DNA of 64,000 bases from a candidate division FCPU426 bacterium. Its GTDB lineage: Bacteria; Oederibacteriota; Muellerivitia; Muellerivitales; Muellerivitaceae. Positions within the stretch are counted from its first letter, which is position 1; every line of letters starts with the position of its first letter. A model generated the notes under the pieces. It searched no databases. It worked only from the letters and a program-made list of their open reading frames with translations, and was not told the origin of the DNA. The stretch lies in the NCBI GenBank assembly GCA_963796105.1, contig CAWCKJ010000004.1:1312001-1376000 (forward strand), given 5' to 3'. Position numbers and translations under genes: made by a program. This document shows positions 37,002 to 47,676 of the stretch, in pieces.

Positions 37002-38084
37002 TTGATCATCGGCGTGCCGAGGGAAATTAAAGACAACGAGTTCCGGGTGGGAATCGTTCCCGGCGGGGTGGAAGAGCTGGTATCGGGGGGGAATCAAGTC
37101 CTCCTGGAGAATGGGGCGGGGAAGGGAAGCGGAATCCCCGACCGGGAATACGAGGAAGCCGGCGCCGAGATGATAAGCGACCGGCCGGAATTGTTCCGGC
37201 GCGCCGAATTGATCCTGAAAGTCAAGGAACCCCAGCCATCCGAATTCGGCCTGTTGAGGAAAGGCCAAGTCCTCTTTTGCTATTTTCATTTCGCTTCATC
37301 CCCGGAACTCACGAAGGCCATGATCAAGGCCGGGATTGTGGCCATCGCCTATGAGACCATCTGCCTTCCTACCGGGGAACATCCGCTTTTGACCCCCATG
37401 AGCGAGGTGGCGGGGAAAATGGCCATCCAGGAAGGCGCGAAGTATTTGGAAAGATCCATGGGAGGAAAAGGAATCCTCCTGGGAGGGGTCACCGGCGTCA
37501 AACCCGCCAAGGTGGTGGTGCTGGGAGGCGGGGTGGTCGGGACCAACGCGGCCAAAACCGCGGCGGGTCTGGGCGCGTTCGTGACGGTGCTGGACGTGAA
37601 CCCATCCCGCTTGAGGTATTTGGAAGATATCCTGCCCCCGAATGTCGCCACGATGGTATCCAACCGTAGGGTCATCCGGGAGGAAACCGGGGACGCCGAT
37701 TTGCTTATCGGGGCCGTTTACGTGGAAGGGGCCAAGGCCCCGCGCCTGGTGACCGAGGACATGGTCCGGGGGATGAAACCCGGTTCGGTCATCGTGGACG
37801 TGGCCATCGACCAAGGGGGCTGTGTGGAGACATCCCGGCCCACCTCGCACAGCCATCCGGTTTTCGTGAAACACGGCGTGGTGCATTACTGCGTCACCAA
37901 TATTCCCGGCGCCGTGGGCATGACTTCCACTTACGCCCTGACGAATTCGACCCTTCCGTTTGTCCAGGCAATCACCCGTCACGGGTGGAAAGAGGCCGTC
38001 AAACGGGATCCAGTCATCCGCCACGGGTTGAATATCGACCATGGAAAAATCATTCATCCTGCGGTCAAGGCCGCCTTCAAATAA
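37002..38084 (+). CDS. ald: Alanine dehydrogenase
   Basis: IGVPREIK..EFRV, LKVKEP, PMSEVAG, DVAIDQGGC. Confidence 0.97.
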   Translation: MIIGVPREIKDNEFRVGIVPGGVEELVSGGNQVLLENGAGKGSGIPDREYEEAGAEMISDRPELFRRAELILKVKEPQPSEFGLLRKGQVLFCYFHFASSPELTKAMIKAGIVAIAYETICLPTGEHPLLTPMSEVAGKMAIQEGAKYLERSMGGKGILLGGVTGVKPAKVVVLGGGVVGTNAAKTAAGLGAFVTVLDVNPSRLRYLEDILPPNVATMVSNRRVIREETGDADLLIGAVYVEGAKAPRLVTEDMVRGMKPGSVIVDVAIDQGGCVETSRPTSHSHPVFVKHGVVHYCVTNIPGAVGMTSTYALTNSTLPFVQAITRHGWKEAVKRDPVIRHGLNIDHGKIIHPAVKAAFK

Positions 38085-38114
38085 TTCCTGTAAATACCCT
38101 CTTGGAGGTTTGAA

Positions 38115-38825
38115 TTGCCTACGGTCTTCGCGGGCATCATCAGCACGGTTCTTCTTTTTTATATAGCGACGCTGATCCTGGCCTATACCCACCTGTTACC
38201 CACAGGCCTTCATATGCTCTGGGGGCTCCTGATGACCCTTTTGATCGTTCTTTTGCAATGCCTCATCTTCGGCTTTTTCATCGGGAGCGGGAAAACCATC
38301 AAGCGGGTGGCTTTGGAAAAGGGGTTGCCGGGCGATTGGGCGGATAAAACCAGGGAGTATAAAAACCGGTCCTATCCAGCGTTGATGTGGGCGATTTTGG
38401 CCACTGTCCTGGCGGCGGGGGCGGGGGGCGGGGTTTCCACGGGCTTGATCCCGATGACAGCGCATCAAATCCTGGTTTGGGCCGCCTTTGTCATGAACGC
38501 GGTCTCATTTTGGATCTCATACAGGGTCATCGTGGAAAACGTCAGGGCGATCCATCAAATCAACGGAATCATTCAAGAACGGGATAAGAAAGGGGAAACT
38601 CAAGTCGAGAGGGTCAAGATCTTGAAAGAGGAGAAATCCCCGTCCTCCGCCCAAAGCCGCCGTCCCCAGAAATTTTTCTTTCTATCGGCCGCGGTTTGGA
38701 TTCCTTATTTCTACATGAGGTATTCCTTGGGAAGCCGTACTTTTCCCTTTTGGCCTTTTTTAGCATTAAGCCTCCTTTTTCTTGTCCTGGGGGCGATTGA
38801 AGTCCCCAAAACGCTGAAAGAGTGA
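38115..38825 (+). CDS. Hypothetical membrane protein
   Basis: Several TM helices. Confidence 0.7.
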   Translation: MPTVFAGIISTVLLFYIATLILAYTHLLPTGLHMLWGLLMTLLIVLLQCLIFGFFIGSGKTIKRVALEKGLPGDWADKTREYKNRSYPALMWAILATVLAAGAGGGVSTGLIPMTAHQILVWAAFVMNAVSFWISYRVIVENVRAIHQINGIIQERDKKGETQVERVKILKEEKSPSSAQSRRPQKFFFLSAAVWIPYFYMRYSLGSRTFPFWPFLALSLLFLVLGAIEVPKTLKE

Positions 38826-39047
38826 GGGCCTTGGTTGTTATTTAGCGCCCTGAATGTTATCTTTTTTCCTTTCCTTTGGGGAAAATCGGCTAAAATGACG
38901 CCCCTGTGCCACTTTCCGGTTGATTGAATCGTCGAAAATTCCGGAGCCAAACCTGTATTGATTTTGAAATTTGATTTTAAAAGCCCCGGTTTTTCCCGGA
39001 AATTGAACGTAGATTCGGGGTTGATCGAATCCGAAAAAAGGAATCGC

Positions 39048-39791
39048 GTGAAATTTTTTTCTTTCTTTCTTTTTCTCTTAACAGCTTCCTTAACAATAGG
39101 AACCAATGTTTGGGCTGATGGCCCCGGCGATTTTCTGCATACCAGAACCTACATCGGCGTGTTCGGAACCTCCATCAGCATTGACAAGAGCGGCGAGTTT
39201 TCGGGAACCAACTATTCCCGGGTGGATAATCCGGGTTATGAAATCACGGCCATTCCCTCCCTGGCCCAGAATTTCGGTTTTGCCGTTTTGTTAGGCCATA
39301 GGGAGGAAGCTTACGCGCTGGAATTGAGTTATTGGCAGTCCAACCACTTGGCGACTTTTGGGCCGACTACCTTAGGAGCGATATCGGGACAATCCGCGAC
39401 TTTCACGGGTACCTACCAGGCCGCAGCCGTGCTTCGGTCCGTGAACGTTGATTTCAAGAGGTATTTTCTTACCGATTTGAACTTTCAACCCTTTGTCAGC
39501 CTGGGGGTGGGTTTCCCCTGGCTCGATATTCCTGATGCCGATGGCGATGGCGCCGGCCATATTTATCCGGTGACCCTGGCCGGGTTGGGTTTTGATTTAG
39601 GCCTGGGCGCCGAATACTACCTGTCTCCCGCCCTTTCCATTGTTGGAAGCGCCTCCCATCGCTGGGCCAGTTTCGACCAGCTCAAGGGCTACCAGGGCCT
39701 TTACAACCAGATGGCACTTTATGGAAGTTCCACCGGGGACAGCGAGGGCGGTTTTATTTTCGCGATCGGAACCACGCTGGGTTTCGAGTGA
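39048..39791 (+). CDS. Outer-membrane beta-barrel protein
   Basis: Signal peptide; QPFVSLGVG, GFDLGLGAEYY; paralog of 42408-43175. Confidence 0.78.
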   Translation: MKFFSFFLFLLTASLTIGTNVWADGPGDFLHTRTYIGVFGTSISIDKSGEFSGTNYSRVDNPGYEITAIPSLAQNFGFAVLLGHREEAYALELSYWQSNHLATFGPTTLGAISGQSATFTGTYQAAAVLRSVNVDFKRYFLTDLNFQPFVSLGVGFPWLDIPDADGDGAGHIYPVTLAGLGFDLGLGAEYYLSPALSIVGSASHRWASFDQLKGYQGLYNQMALYGSSTGDSEGGFIFAIGTTLGFE

Positions 39792-39836
39792 CGCGGGTTC
39801 GCTTAAAGAGGAATTAAAATTCGGGAAGGCCGGTTC

Positions 39837-40886
39837 ATGAAAAAATATTGGTTTTTGGGCTTGTTTTTCGCCCTGACGGCATTCACCCTTTTGATCGGGC
39901 TGGCTTGCTCGGTTAATCCCACAGGCCCCAGCCTGCGTCCCGCCGTTCAAACTATCGTGGCCATCAACCCGACCTTTACCTTTACCAACACATTTACCCC
40001 GACCTGGACCCCGACTCCTTCTTTTACGCCCACTCCCTACGTCAGCACGACGCCTTGGGTTTCCTACAAGAATCCCTCCGGATTGGCGGTGGATTCCTCC
40101 GGAAATATTTATGTCGCGGACACGGGCAACAACGCGGTGGAGAAGTTCTCGCCCAACGGCGTCCTCTATTCCGACTGGGGCAACGGGGGCAAGGGAAGAG
40201 GGAAGATCTATATCAACCAGCCCCAGGCGGTCGCGGTGCAAGGACCGACAATTTCCGGCTCGCCGGTCACCCTTTATGTGCTCAACGCCAATGGCGTAAG
40301 CAAATTTGATGATTTGGGAAATCCCTTGGTCCAATTCACGCCTTCCAGCGTGACCTTTACCAGCCCTCAAGGCATAGCGGTGGATGGAAGCGGGAACATC
40401 TTTGTCAGTGACAATGAAACAACTGCCTCGAAAATCTTTAAACTTTCCAATACGGGTTCAGCGGTAACGGCTTTTGGCACATCCGGGATCTTCACTTTTG
40501 GAGCGCCGGTAACAGCGGTTTTCGGCCTGGCGGTGGATGATTCACAGAATATTTGGGCCGCTGTCGCTAATAGCGTCTCCTATGGGAACATTTTGGAGTT
40601 GGACGCTAACGCAGCCACAGTAATATCCACTATTACTGGGTTTAATAATCCTCATGGCATCACATTTAACGGTCCGGTAACCGCTGAGGATTTATTTGTC
40701 GCGGATTCCGGCAACCACCAGGTAGAGGAATTCTTGCCCGGTTCTTTTACGGCTCCATCGGTTATTTTCAACGACGGGGGGAAATTATCGAATCCAGTCG
40801 GGGTCGGTGTGGATTCTTACGGCAATGTTTACGTGGCGGATTCAACCTACCAGACGAACGGGGCTGTTTTCCGGTTTACACCTTAA
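39837..40886 (+). CDS. NHL-repeat lipoprotein
   Basis: Lipobox GLAC; Thr-Pro linker; NHL repeats. Confidence 0.87.
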   Translation: MKKYWFLGLFFALTAFTLLIGLACSVNPTGPSLRPAVQTIVAINPTFTFTNTFTPTWTPTPSFTPTPYVSTTPWVSYKNPSGLAVDSSGNIYVADTGNNAVEKFSPNGVLYSDWGNGGKGRGKIYINQPQAVAVQGPTISGSPVTLYVLNANGVSKFDDLGNPLVQFTPSSVTFTSPQGIAVDGSGNIFVSDNETTASKIFKLSNTGSAVTAFGTSGIFTFGAPVTAVFGLAVDDSQNIWAAVANSVSYGNILELDANAATVISTITGFNNPHGITFNGPVTAEDLFVADSGNHQVEEFLPGSFTAPSVIFNDGGKLSNPVGVGVDSYGNVYVADSTYQTNGAVFRFTP

Positions 40887-40915
40887 ATCGCAGGGAGAGG
40901 CGGAGGATCAGGAAT

Positions 40916-42196
40916 ATGATGAAAAGGATTTTATTGGGCGTCTTGCTTCTCACGACGGCTTTGCCCTTGACCATTTCGTGCAAGAACTCATCCAACCCCG
41001 CGGCTCCCGCACCGACTCCCACCAGTTGGGCCGGTTTTACGAACACGATGACTTACACGACAACCTACACACCCACGATTACCCCGACACTTACGATCAC
41101 CCCATCCTTCACCATTACACCCTCTCCAACGGCAACGACCTCTCCCACAATCACTCCCACAAATCTCAGCGGGTACACCTCCACACCCACTCCCTCCTTC
41201 ACCCCCACTTCGACTTTTACTTATACCTCAACCTACACTTATACCTATACCGCGACCTATACCACCCCGACCTTTACGCCAACCATTACCTGGACCTTCG
41301 TGGCGAGTCCCACGTGGGTGTTCAGTAATTCTTGGCCGGTCACCCATCCCAACGGGCTGGCCCTATTAGGCAATTCCTCATCAGGAACCCTGTTCGTGGC
41401 GGCGGGAGAAAATTCCGTGGGAGCGCAAGTTTTAAGTTTTAAAATCAGCAATGGCGCTTTGTCCGGCGGAGTCTTGGGGACATGGACTCAATGGGGTTCA
41501 ACTCCCTTGGTTTCTCCTGAGGGGGTCGCCGTCAACCAGACCACCAATCAGGTGTATGTCGTGGATTCGGGCGACGGCGGCAATGGAACTGTTTATGTGT
41601 TTAATTCTGACGGGACTACAGTCACATCCTGGTCGTCCTGGACCGGAGCCCCGGTTTCCGCTTTTAACGATCCTACCGGGATCGCGGTGGATTCCACGGG
41701 AACTACCGTTTATGTGGCGGATACGGGACACAACACCTTAGAGGTGTTTGACCAAAATGGAAATTACATTTCTCAATGGAGCACAGGGACTGGAACTGAT
41801 TTAAGCCCCGTAGCCGTGGCTTGCGGTGCTGGAACAACAATCGCGGCCGTGGACGACGGAAACGCTTCTGGATCTGCCACTATTAATGTTTACAGTTCCG
41901 CTTCTTTAGCGGCATCAATAACCGCCGCTCCTAACGCGGATATTTTCGGTTTAGCTTTTGATCAAACCGGGAATCTGTTCGCCGCGGATACCAGCCTGGA
42001 TCCGAATGGAAGTGTTGAATATTACAGTGCCGGGGTGGAGCAATTTGTTTTAACCGGAGGAACTGGCACTAATGCCTTTGTCAGCCCGGATGGAGTGGTT
42101 TATGACACCACCGGCACACTTACCTGCCTATACGTTTCTGATTACGGAAACGGTTCAAACGGACTGGGGTCCATCGAGATTTTAAGCCATCATTAA
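40916..42196 (+). CDS. NHL-repeat lipoprotein
   Basis: Lipobox TISC; Thr-rich linker; NHL repeats. Confidence 0.87.
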   Translation: MMKRILLGVLLLTTALPLTISCKNSSNPAAPAPTPTSWAGFTNTMTYTTTYTPTITPTLTITPSFTITPSPTATTSPTITPTNLSGYTSTPTPSFTPTSTFTYTSTYTYTYTATYTTPTFTPTITWTFVASPTWVFSNSWPVTHPNGLALLGNSSSGTLFVAAGENSVGAQVLSFKISNGALSGGVLGTWTQWGSTPLVSPEGVAVNQTTNQVYVVDSGDGGNGTVYVFNSDGTTVTSWSSWTGAPVSAFNDPTGIAVDSTGTTVYVADTGHNTLEVFDQNGNYISQWSTGTGTDLSPVAVACGAGTTIAAVDDGNASGSATINVYSSASLAASITAAPNADIFGLAFDQTGNLFAADTSLDPNGSVEYYSAGVEQFVLTGGTGTNAFVSPDGVVYDTTGTLTCLYVSDYGNGSNGLGSIEILSHH

Positions 42197-42407
42197 AACC
42201 AAGAAGCTTCTTGTTTCCGGTTCCTAATCGACTTTTTGCGGATTGAAGTGGGGTTTTTTAGGGTTTTTTCTTTCTTAATTGTCACTCCCCGCCTGTAAAT
42301 CAAAGTTTTCCTTATATTTTCAAGGTTTCTTGAGTTAAAATAAATTCCTAACAAAGGGAATACGGGAATTTTCGCCTGTTTTCTCAAACGCAATAAAATC
42401 CAGGAGG

Positions 42408-43175
42408 ATGGGACAACGAATGAAAATGAATAAAATCGGCCGGTTCATGGCATTTGTTCTGTTTTTCGGGGCGGTCACCACGGCAGTTCTGGCTGATGAT
42501 TTATTAGGCGAGTTCTTTGAGGGATCTTCAACCGACTTTATAAAATCCAGGGTTTATATCGGGGCATTCGGGATTTCTTCCACCATCGACCAATGGGGGG
42601 ATTTTAACGGAACCATAATCGCATCGCATAATTCAGGCACTGAAACCGAGTTGGATTTAATCCCGGCCATAGACCGGAAATTCGGCTGGGGGGCTCTTAT
42701 CGGCTACAGGAGGGGCCCTTGGGCTGTTGAAATGAGTTATTGGCGGAGCGACCATACCGCTACATTTAACAACGGTGTCACCCTTACAACCCCCGCCAGC
42801 TTGCAATCGCTCAATTTTGATTTTAAACGGTATTTTTTCACCCAAGCGCCCACCCAGCCATTTTTCCAATTTGGCTTTAGTTTGCCTTGGTTATGGGTCC
42901 GTCAGGCATCATCGCTTGTTCCCAGTAATCTTGTGGATGATGAGACTATTTCGGGCATCGGCTTTAACTTGGGGGCTGGTTTGGAGATATACCTGGATAA
43001 CAATTTCTCCATCATGGGCGGGGTCATTCAACGTTGGACGGGGTTCAACCAGATCAATGGCGCGGCTAAAATACCTGAGAATACTTTGTACGACGACGGA
43101 AATCCATCCGACATTGGGTCCTTGGAAGGGGACGGCCTTAATTTTTACGCGGGCATGACCTTCGGGGTGGAATAA
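42408..43175 (+). CDS. Outer-membrane beta-barrel protein
   Basis: Paralog of 39048-39791 (R.YIG.FG.S..ID..G.F.GT, E.SYW.S.H, DFKRYF). Confidence 0.78.
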   Translation: MGQRMKMNKIGRFMAFVLFFGAVTTAVLADDLLGEFFEGSSTDFIKSRVYIGAFGISSTIDQWGDFNGTIIASHNSGTETELDLIPAIDRKFGWGALIGYRRGPWAVEMSYWRSDHTATFNNGVTLTTPASLQSLNFDFKRYFFTQAPTQPFFQFGFSLPWLWVRQASSLVPSNLVDDETISGIGFNLGAGLEIYLDNNFSIMGGVIQRWTGFNQINGAAKIPENTLYDDGNPSDIGSLEGDGLNFYAGMTFGVE

Positions 43176-43302
43176 TTCCGTACGGGAAAACCATGGGGTA
43201 TTAAGGGATCGAAGAAGTCGTTTTCGTGGTTTAGTGGTAATATTCATTAAGACTTGCAGATGGATTTTTAACCTTTTTGCAAAACCTTCTCGAGGCGGAA
43301 AA

Positions 43303-44538
43303 ATGAAAAGATTTCTGATGCTGGGCATCATCCTTTCAGGATTGATCATCCCCCTAGCCTGTTCGGACAACAATAACAACCCTACGAAGCCCCAGGTTCC
43401 GTCCATTTCGGTTACGCCGACTGGAACAATCACCCCCATTGTGCCGACTTTTACAAAAACTCCGACAGTGACAGGAACGGTTAATACGCCAACTGTTACA
43501 CCTACCCTTACCAACACTCCATTAGTCACCCAGACCCCCGCGCCTCCTTTTCTAGGTAATTACGTCACTTCAGCTGCTCCAAATGCCATGTATTACGATG
43601 GCAGTATTCTTTATGTCGCCGAGGGTGAAGTGAGGGCAGGAGGGGATGTCACAATGTTTGAGTGTTATCAGGTCAGCGGGGGTGGAAATCTTACGGGGGC
43701 TTGCGGTGGTTGGGTGGATCCTCAAGTGGATGGAAATCAGTTGGCTTATGGTATTCCAACCCCCGGCCTTACTCCTCCTTGGCAACCAAGTCTTATTACT
43801 GCGACTATGCCTCAGGGATTAGCGGTTACGAAAGGATGGGTCGCGACCTTGGATTCCTCACCCTCCGGTGCCGCGACTTTATATGAAGGGCAAGGCGGCT
43901 TTCAAGGTTTATTCACATGTATTACCACTAATTATGGTGGCGCTCCCCTCAATGCGCCAAGAGCCATGGTTGGGGATTCATTAGGAAACATTTATATCGC
44001 GGACACCGGAAATGCTTATGTCGATACATTTGGAGTAGGAGTTGAATGTCTCATTGACAATTTGGAGGCGGATTGGCTTCACCGGTGGAATGGGGCTTCT
44101 TCCAGTATGCCCTTCAAACAGCCAGTGGCTTTAGCTGTTGACGCCCAAAATGATATCTGGGTAGGCGACTCAGGGTATTCCCCATCGCTCATTGAGGTTT
44201 ATACATCAGGAGGCGCGACTTTTGGTGTTCAAGGGATAAATCCCGCCGGATTTTTTAAAACCGTTCCAAATTGTATCATTAACGGGTTGGCTGTGGATCA
44301 AAGCGCTTCTTGCAGCGGCGTTCCTGGTCCTTGTGTCTATGTTTCGGATACCGCAAACGGAGGGCAGGTGGAGGTTTACACCTCCCTGGGTAATCTTGTG
44401 AGAGTTTGGGGCGATCCCCACGGGCCTCATGAGTTTTTGCCGTTTAACCCGGCTTCCATCGCTCTTATCGGAAATCCGCCAACCATTTTCATTGTGGGGG
44501 ATACAAATAACGACATCCTTAATGTTTTCGGGCCATAA
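43303..44538 (+). CDS. NHL-repeat lipoprotein
   Basis: Lipobox PLAC; Thr-Pro linker; GNIYIADTGN. Confidence 0.82.
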   Translation: MKRFLMLGIILSGLIIPLACSDNNNNPTKPQVPSISVTPTGTITPIVPTFTKTPTVTGTVNTPTVTPTLTNTPLVTQTPAPPFLGNYVTSAAPNAMYYDGSILYVAEGEVRAGGDVTMFECYQVSGGGNLTGACGGWVDPQVDGNQLAYGIPTPGLTPPWQPSLITATMPQGLAVTKGWVATLDSSPSGAATLYEGQGGFQGLFTCITTNYGGAPLNAPRAMVGDSLGNIYIADTGNAYVDTFGVGVECLIDNLEADWLHRWNGASSSMPFKQPVALAVDAQNDIWVGDSGYSPSLIEVYTSGGATFGVQGINPAGFFKTVPNCIINGLAVDQSASCSGVPGPCVYVSDTANGGQVEVYTSLGNLVRVWGDPHGPHEFLPFNPASIALIGNPPTIFIVGDTNNDILNVFGP

Positions 44539-44990
44539 CGGGATTGAATTTTAAACTTTCTTCTAACTGTTATGTGAAATTGAACACTCCACACGATATT
44601 AACAGCGTGTTTATATGTTTTTTTGAACTTTGTTGATTTCCCTTTTTTAAAATTACCTATCGATATTTATGAACTGAAATAAACTTGATGATCTAAAAGT
44701 TTATATGTTCGAGGTTCCCTCCAACCAAGGATTTTCCCAGAATATAAAGCTAAAACCGTTGATCAAATCGCCAAGTTGTCATTTTACAAGTGGACATTGA
44801 AGGCATTTGTAGGGTAAAAATGGTGGACTTGATTCGAGGTTTAGGGTACGGTTGTGGCGAGACCGGCTCGACTTCTGCGGGAAAATGTTAAATTTATTCC
44901 GCTGAGACGGTTAATAACCCGGTCGTCCTAGGAATCGCGGACCCGGAAAAGTTCGAGGACCCACTCTTTTCTCACGAGGAGCCATTTCTC

Positions 44991-45719
44991 ATGAAGATTT
45001 CCCTGAAAATATTAATGGGTTTTATCCTGATTCTGCCAAGCCTGGGGGGAACCGCCCGGGCCGGCCAGCAGGTTTATCTTTCCCAATCTCCAAATGAACG
45101 CTACAGAGTGGTGGTGGAGCAGGTCATTGACCGGCGGGTCGGGGATAAAATATTCTTCCGCTATCCCATCAGCCTGGTGAATTCCAAAAACGGCCGCCAT
45201 TTCGAGATTCAAGAGGCTACGACGCCCTTGGTTCGGGAAACCCAACGCGAAACCTTCCAAGTTCATTGGGACTCCATCCATTTCGACTGGTCCAAGGACA
45301 GCCTGAAGATGTTCGTAAGGGTGGAAGTTATCGAGGGAACCTGGCGGACCTTTTTCGTGGATGTGAACAAGGGAACAACAACGGATATCACCGCCGATCT
45401 CGAGCAATTCATTGTTCAAAGGGTGGAATTCCACGATTGGGCATGCCAGGAACCGACCACTGTCCAAGTGGTCCAATGGACGAAACCTTACCTGGCCTTC
45501 TTGAAAGTCATCGATATTTGCGGGAAAGAGAAGGACAAGGAGAACCGAAAGCTTTTTTACATGAATGACTCCCTGCTTTTTGACACTCATTTGGGCAAAG
45601 TCGTGACCCATTGCGCTGATTGCAAGGATGAAAGAGCCTTAAAAGCATTTGACAAGTATTTCCAGTCCACCCAGGCGACTCCGACCCCAACGCCGGAAGA
45701 AACCCCAACCACCCAATAA
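44991..45719 (+). CDS. Hypothetical exported protein
   Basis: Signal peptide (ARA); RBS GAGGAG. Confidence 0.7.
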   Translation: MKISLKILMGFILILPSLGGTARAGQQVYLSQSPNERYRVVVEQVIDRRVGDKIFFRYPISLVNSKNGRHFEIQEATTPLVRETQRETFQVHWDSIHFDWSKDSLKMFVRVEVIEGTWRTFFVDVNKGTTTDITADLEQFIVQRVEFHDWACQEPTTVQVVQWTKPYLAFLKVIDICGKEKDKENRKLFYMNDSLLFDTHLGKVVTHCADCKDERALKAFDKYFQSTQATPTPTPEETPTTQ

Positions 45720-45845
45720 AGGGAAGCCCTTTTACCGCGCTTTGCTGGGTCCCTGTTCATTCCCGGCCGGAATCAAATCTTAAGGCCTTTTCGTTTTAGG
45801 ATTTTTAAAAGTGATAAAAACTTCATGTCCTCTTAAACTAAAGGC

Positions 45846-47549
45846 ATGAGAATTCTTCGACTTCCCAAGTCTTTTGGCGTTTACCTCCTCTTTGCTTTCC
45901 TTTTTTCCCTGCAAGTCATTCCCCGAATCGGGTTGGATTCCCTCACCAACGACGAGCCCACCGACATCACCAACGGCTATTACTATTTGACCCATGGGGA
46001 TGTCGTGACGCCCCACAACCATCCGCCCCTGGCGGGAGCGCTCCAAGCCTGGCCCTTGCTTTTCATGAACCTAAAAACCTTCCCTTTCCAGGGGGATGTC
46101 ATTGACCGGGGGCATCATTTCCTTTTCGATTGGAACCTGGACCATTTGGAAGCCATCACTTGGGCCAGCCGATTGACCAGCTGGGGTTTAGGTCTTGCTC
46201 TGGGTTTTTTGTTGTGGAGGGTGTTAAAGGACAACATAAGCTGGCTTTTGGGGGCCTTGTTTTTTTGGGCTTTGGACCCCACCTTTTCAGCGCTTTCCGG
46301 CCTGGCCAAGAGTGATATCGCCCCGGCTTTTTTCTTTTTTCTATCAGTTCTGGCCTTCCAAAAGGCGGTTCAAAAGACCCATTGGGTTAATCCCTTGGCC
46401 GCGGGGGTGATTTCGGCCATGGCTGTCACCTGCAAATTTTATTGTTTAGTGTTAATCCCGGTATTTCTTTTTCTTGAGGTTTTTAATGAAAGAGAACGCT
46501 TCAAACCGCGGGGAATATCCGAAAAAGTCTTAGGACGAATTTTGCTTCGTTGGTTCACCGGGTTCCTCGGCTTTTTATTATGGATTGTTATGATTTATCT
46601 GCCGGCGACCTTAGCCCTTCCGGATCATCGGTGGCCCTTAGTCTATTTCATCAGCAAGTTCAAAGAGGACCTGCTTTTCGCCCAAGCTCCTCACGCGGTT
46701 TATTTCCTGGGGAACTCCACCCTGCAAAGCCATTGGTATTACCTCCCCCTTGCATTCCTTTTGAAGGAACCCCTTCCTTTCCTGGCCCTTTTGGCCCTTT
46801 GCGTTTATTCGCTCATAACGAGGCGGATTTTTCTGCCGACATGGCAATGGCTGTCGCCGGTACTATTCACCCTGGCGGTTTTACCAACACCCAACCTGGG
46901 AGTGAGGTATCTTTTGCCAGCATTTCCTTTTCTTTTCCTAGTGGGGGGCAAAGCTGTATCAGCTTTATGGGTGTCAAATCCGGGGAGGAATTTTAATTCA
47001 GGAAAACTATTTATTGGTTGCCTCGCATTCTGGCAATTGTTCAGCGTGTTGGGGAGCTTTCCAGGCGCCATCGGCTACTTCAATGATTTGGTTACAGCTG
47101 AGAAAAAAATATCCCTTCTTGGGGACTCGAACTTGGATTGGGGACAGGATTTAATAAGGCTTGCCGCAGTGGCGGAGTCCCACGGGTGGAAAAGAGTGAA
47201 ATTAGCGTATTTAGGAAGCGTGGACCCGAAAGTTTACGGCCTGAACTGGGAACCCTGGTCATACGAGGATTTAAAAGGCCCCCAGCCAGGAACAGTTTAC
47301 GCCGTGAACACGAGTTTCCTGCAATTGGCGCCACTGAGTTATCCCTCCACCCGTATAATCGCCGAAAGCTGGATTCGCGGGGAAAAACTATCGGGCAAAG
47401 TAGGTGACACTTGGTATTTCCTTGAGGCGCCGGGCAAGTCCGCGGTGGGTAAGGAAAAAAGTTTTCTTCCGTCCGTTCCTTTTCAACAATACAGAGGTTA
47501 CGCGCCCTTTCCCCTGGCCATTCAGGAAATTCCCCCTAACTCCAAATGA
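45846..47549 (+). CDS. GT-C glycosyltransferase (ArnT/PMT-like)
   Basis: TNDEP, HPPL, WYY.P.AF.LKEP, G.RYLLP..PF, DSNLDWGQD. Confidence 0.85.
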   Translation: MRILRLPKSFGVYLLFAFLFSLQVIPRIGLDSLTNDEPTDITNGYYYLTHGDVVTPHNHPPLAGALQAWPLLFMNLKTFPFQGDVIDRGHHFLFDWNLDHLEAITWASRLTSWGLGLALGFLLWRVLKDNISWLLGALFFWALDPTFSALSGLAKSDIAPAFFFFLSVLAFQKAVQKTHWVNPLAAGVISAMAVTCKFYCLVLIPVFLFLEVFNERERFKPRGISEKVLGRILLRWFTGFLGFLLWIVMIYLPATLALPDHRWPLVYFISKFKEDLLFAQAPHAVYFLGNSTLQSHWYYLPLAFLLKEPLPFLALLALCVYSLITRRIFLPTWQWLSPVLFTLAVLPTPNLGVRYLLPAFPFLFLVGGKAVSALWVSNPGRNFNSGKLFIGCLAFWQLFSVLGSFPGAIGYFNDLVTAEKKISLLGDSNLDWGQDLIRLAAVAESHGWKRVKLAYLGSVDPKVYGLNWEPWSYEDLKGPQPGTVYAVNTSFLQLAPLSYPSTRIIAESWIRGEKLSGKVGDTWYFLEAPGKSAVGKEKSFLPSVPFQQYRGYAPFPLAIQEIPPNSK

Positions 47550-47676
47550 ACCCGATGGATGACGCCGACTAAGCCATATTCGTTAATAAAATAACCTTTG
47601 GCAAGTCTTACGATTTGAGATAATGGAAATGAAGATGGATGTTTATGAATAGCCCATCGATTCAGGAGAATGACAC

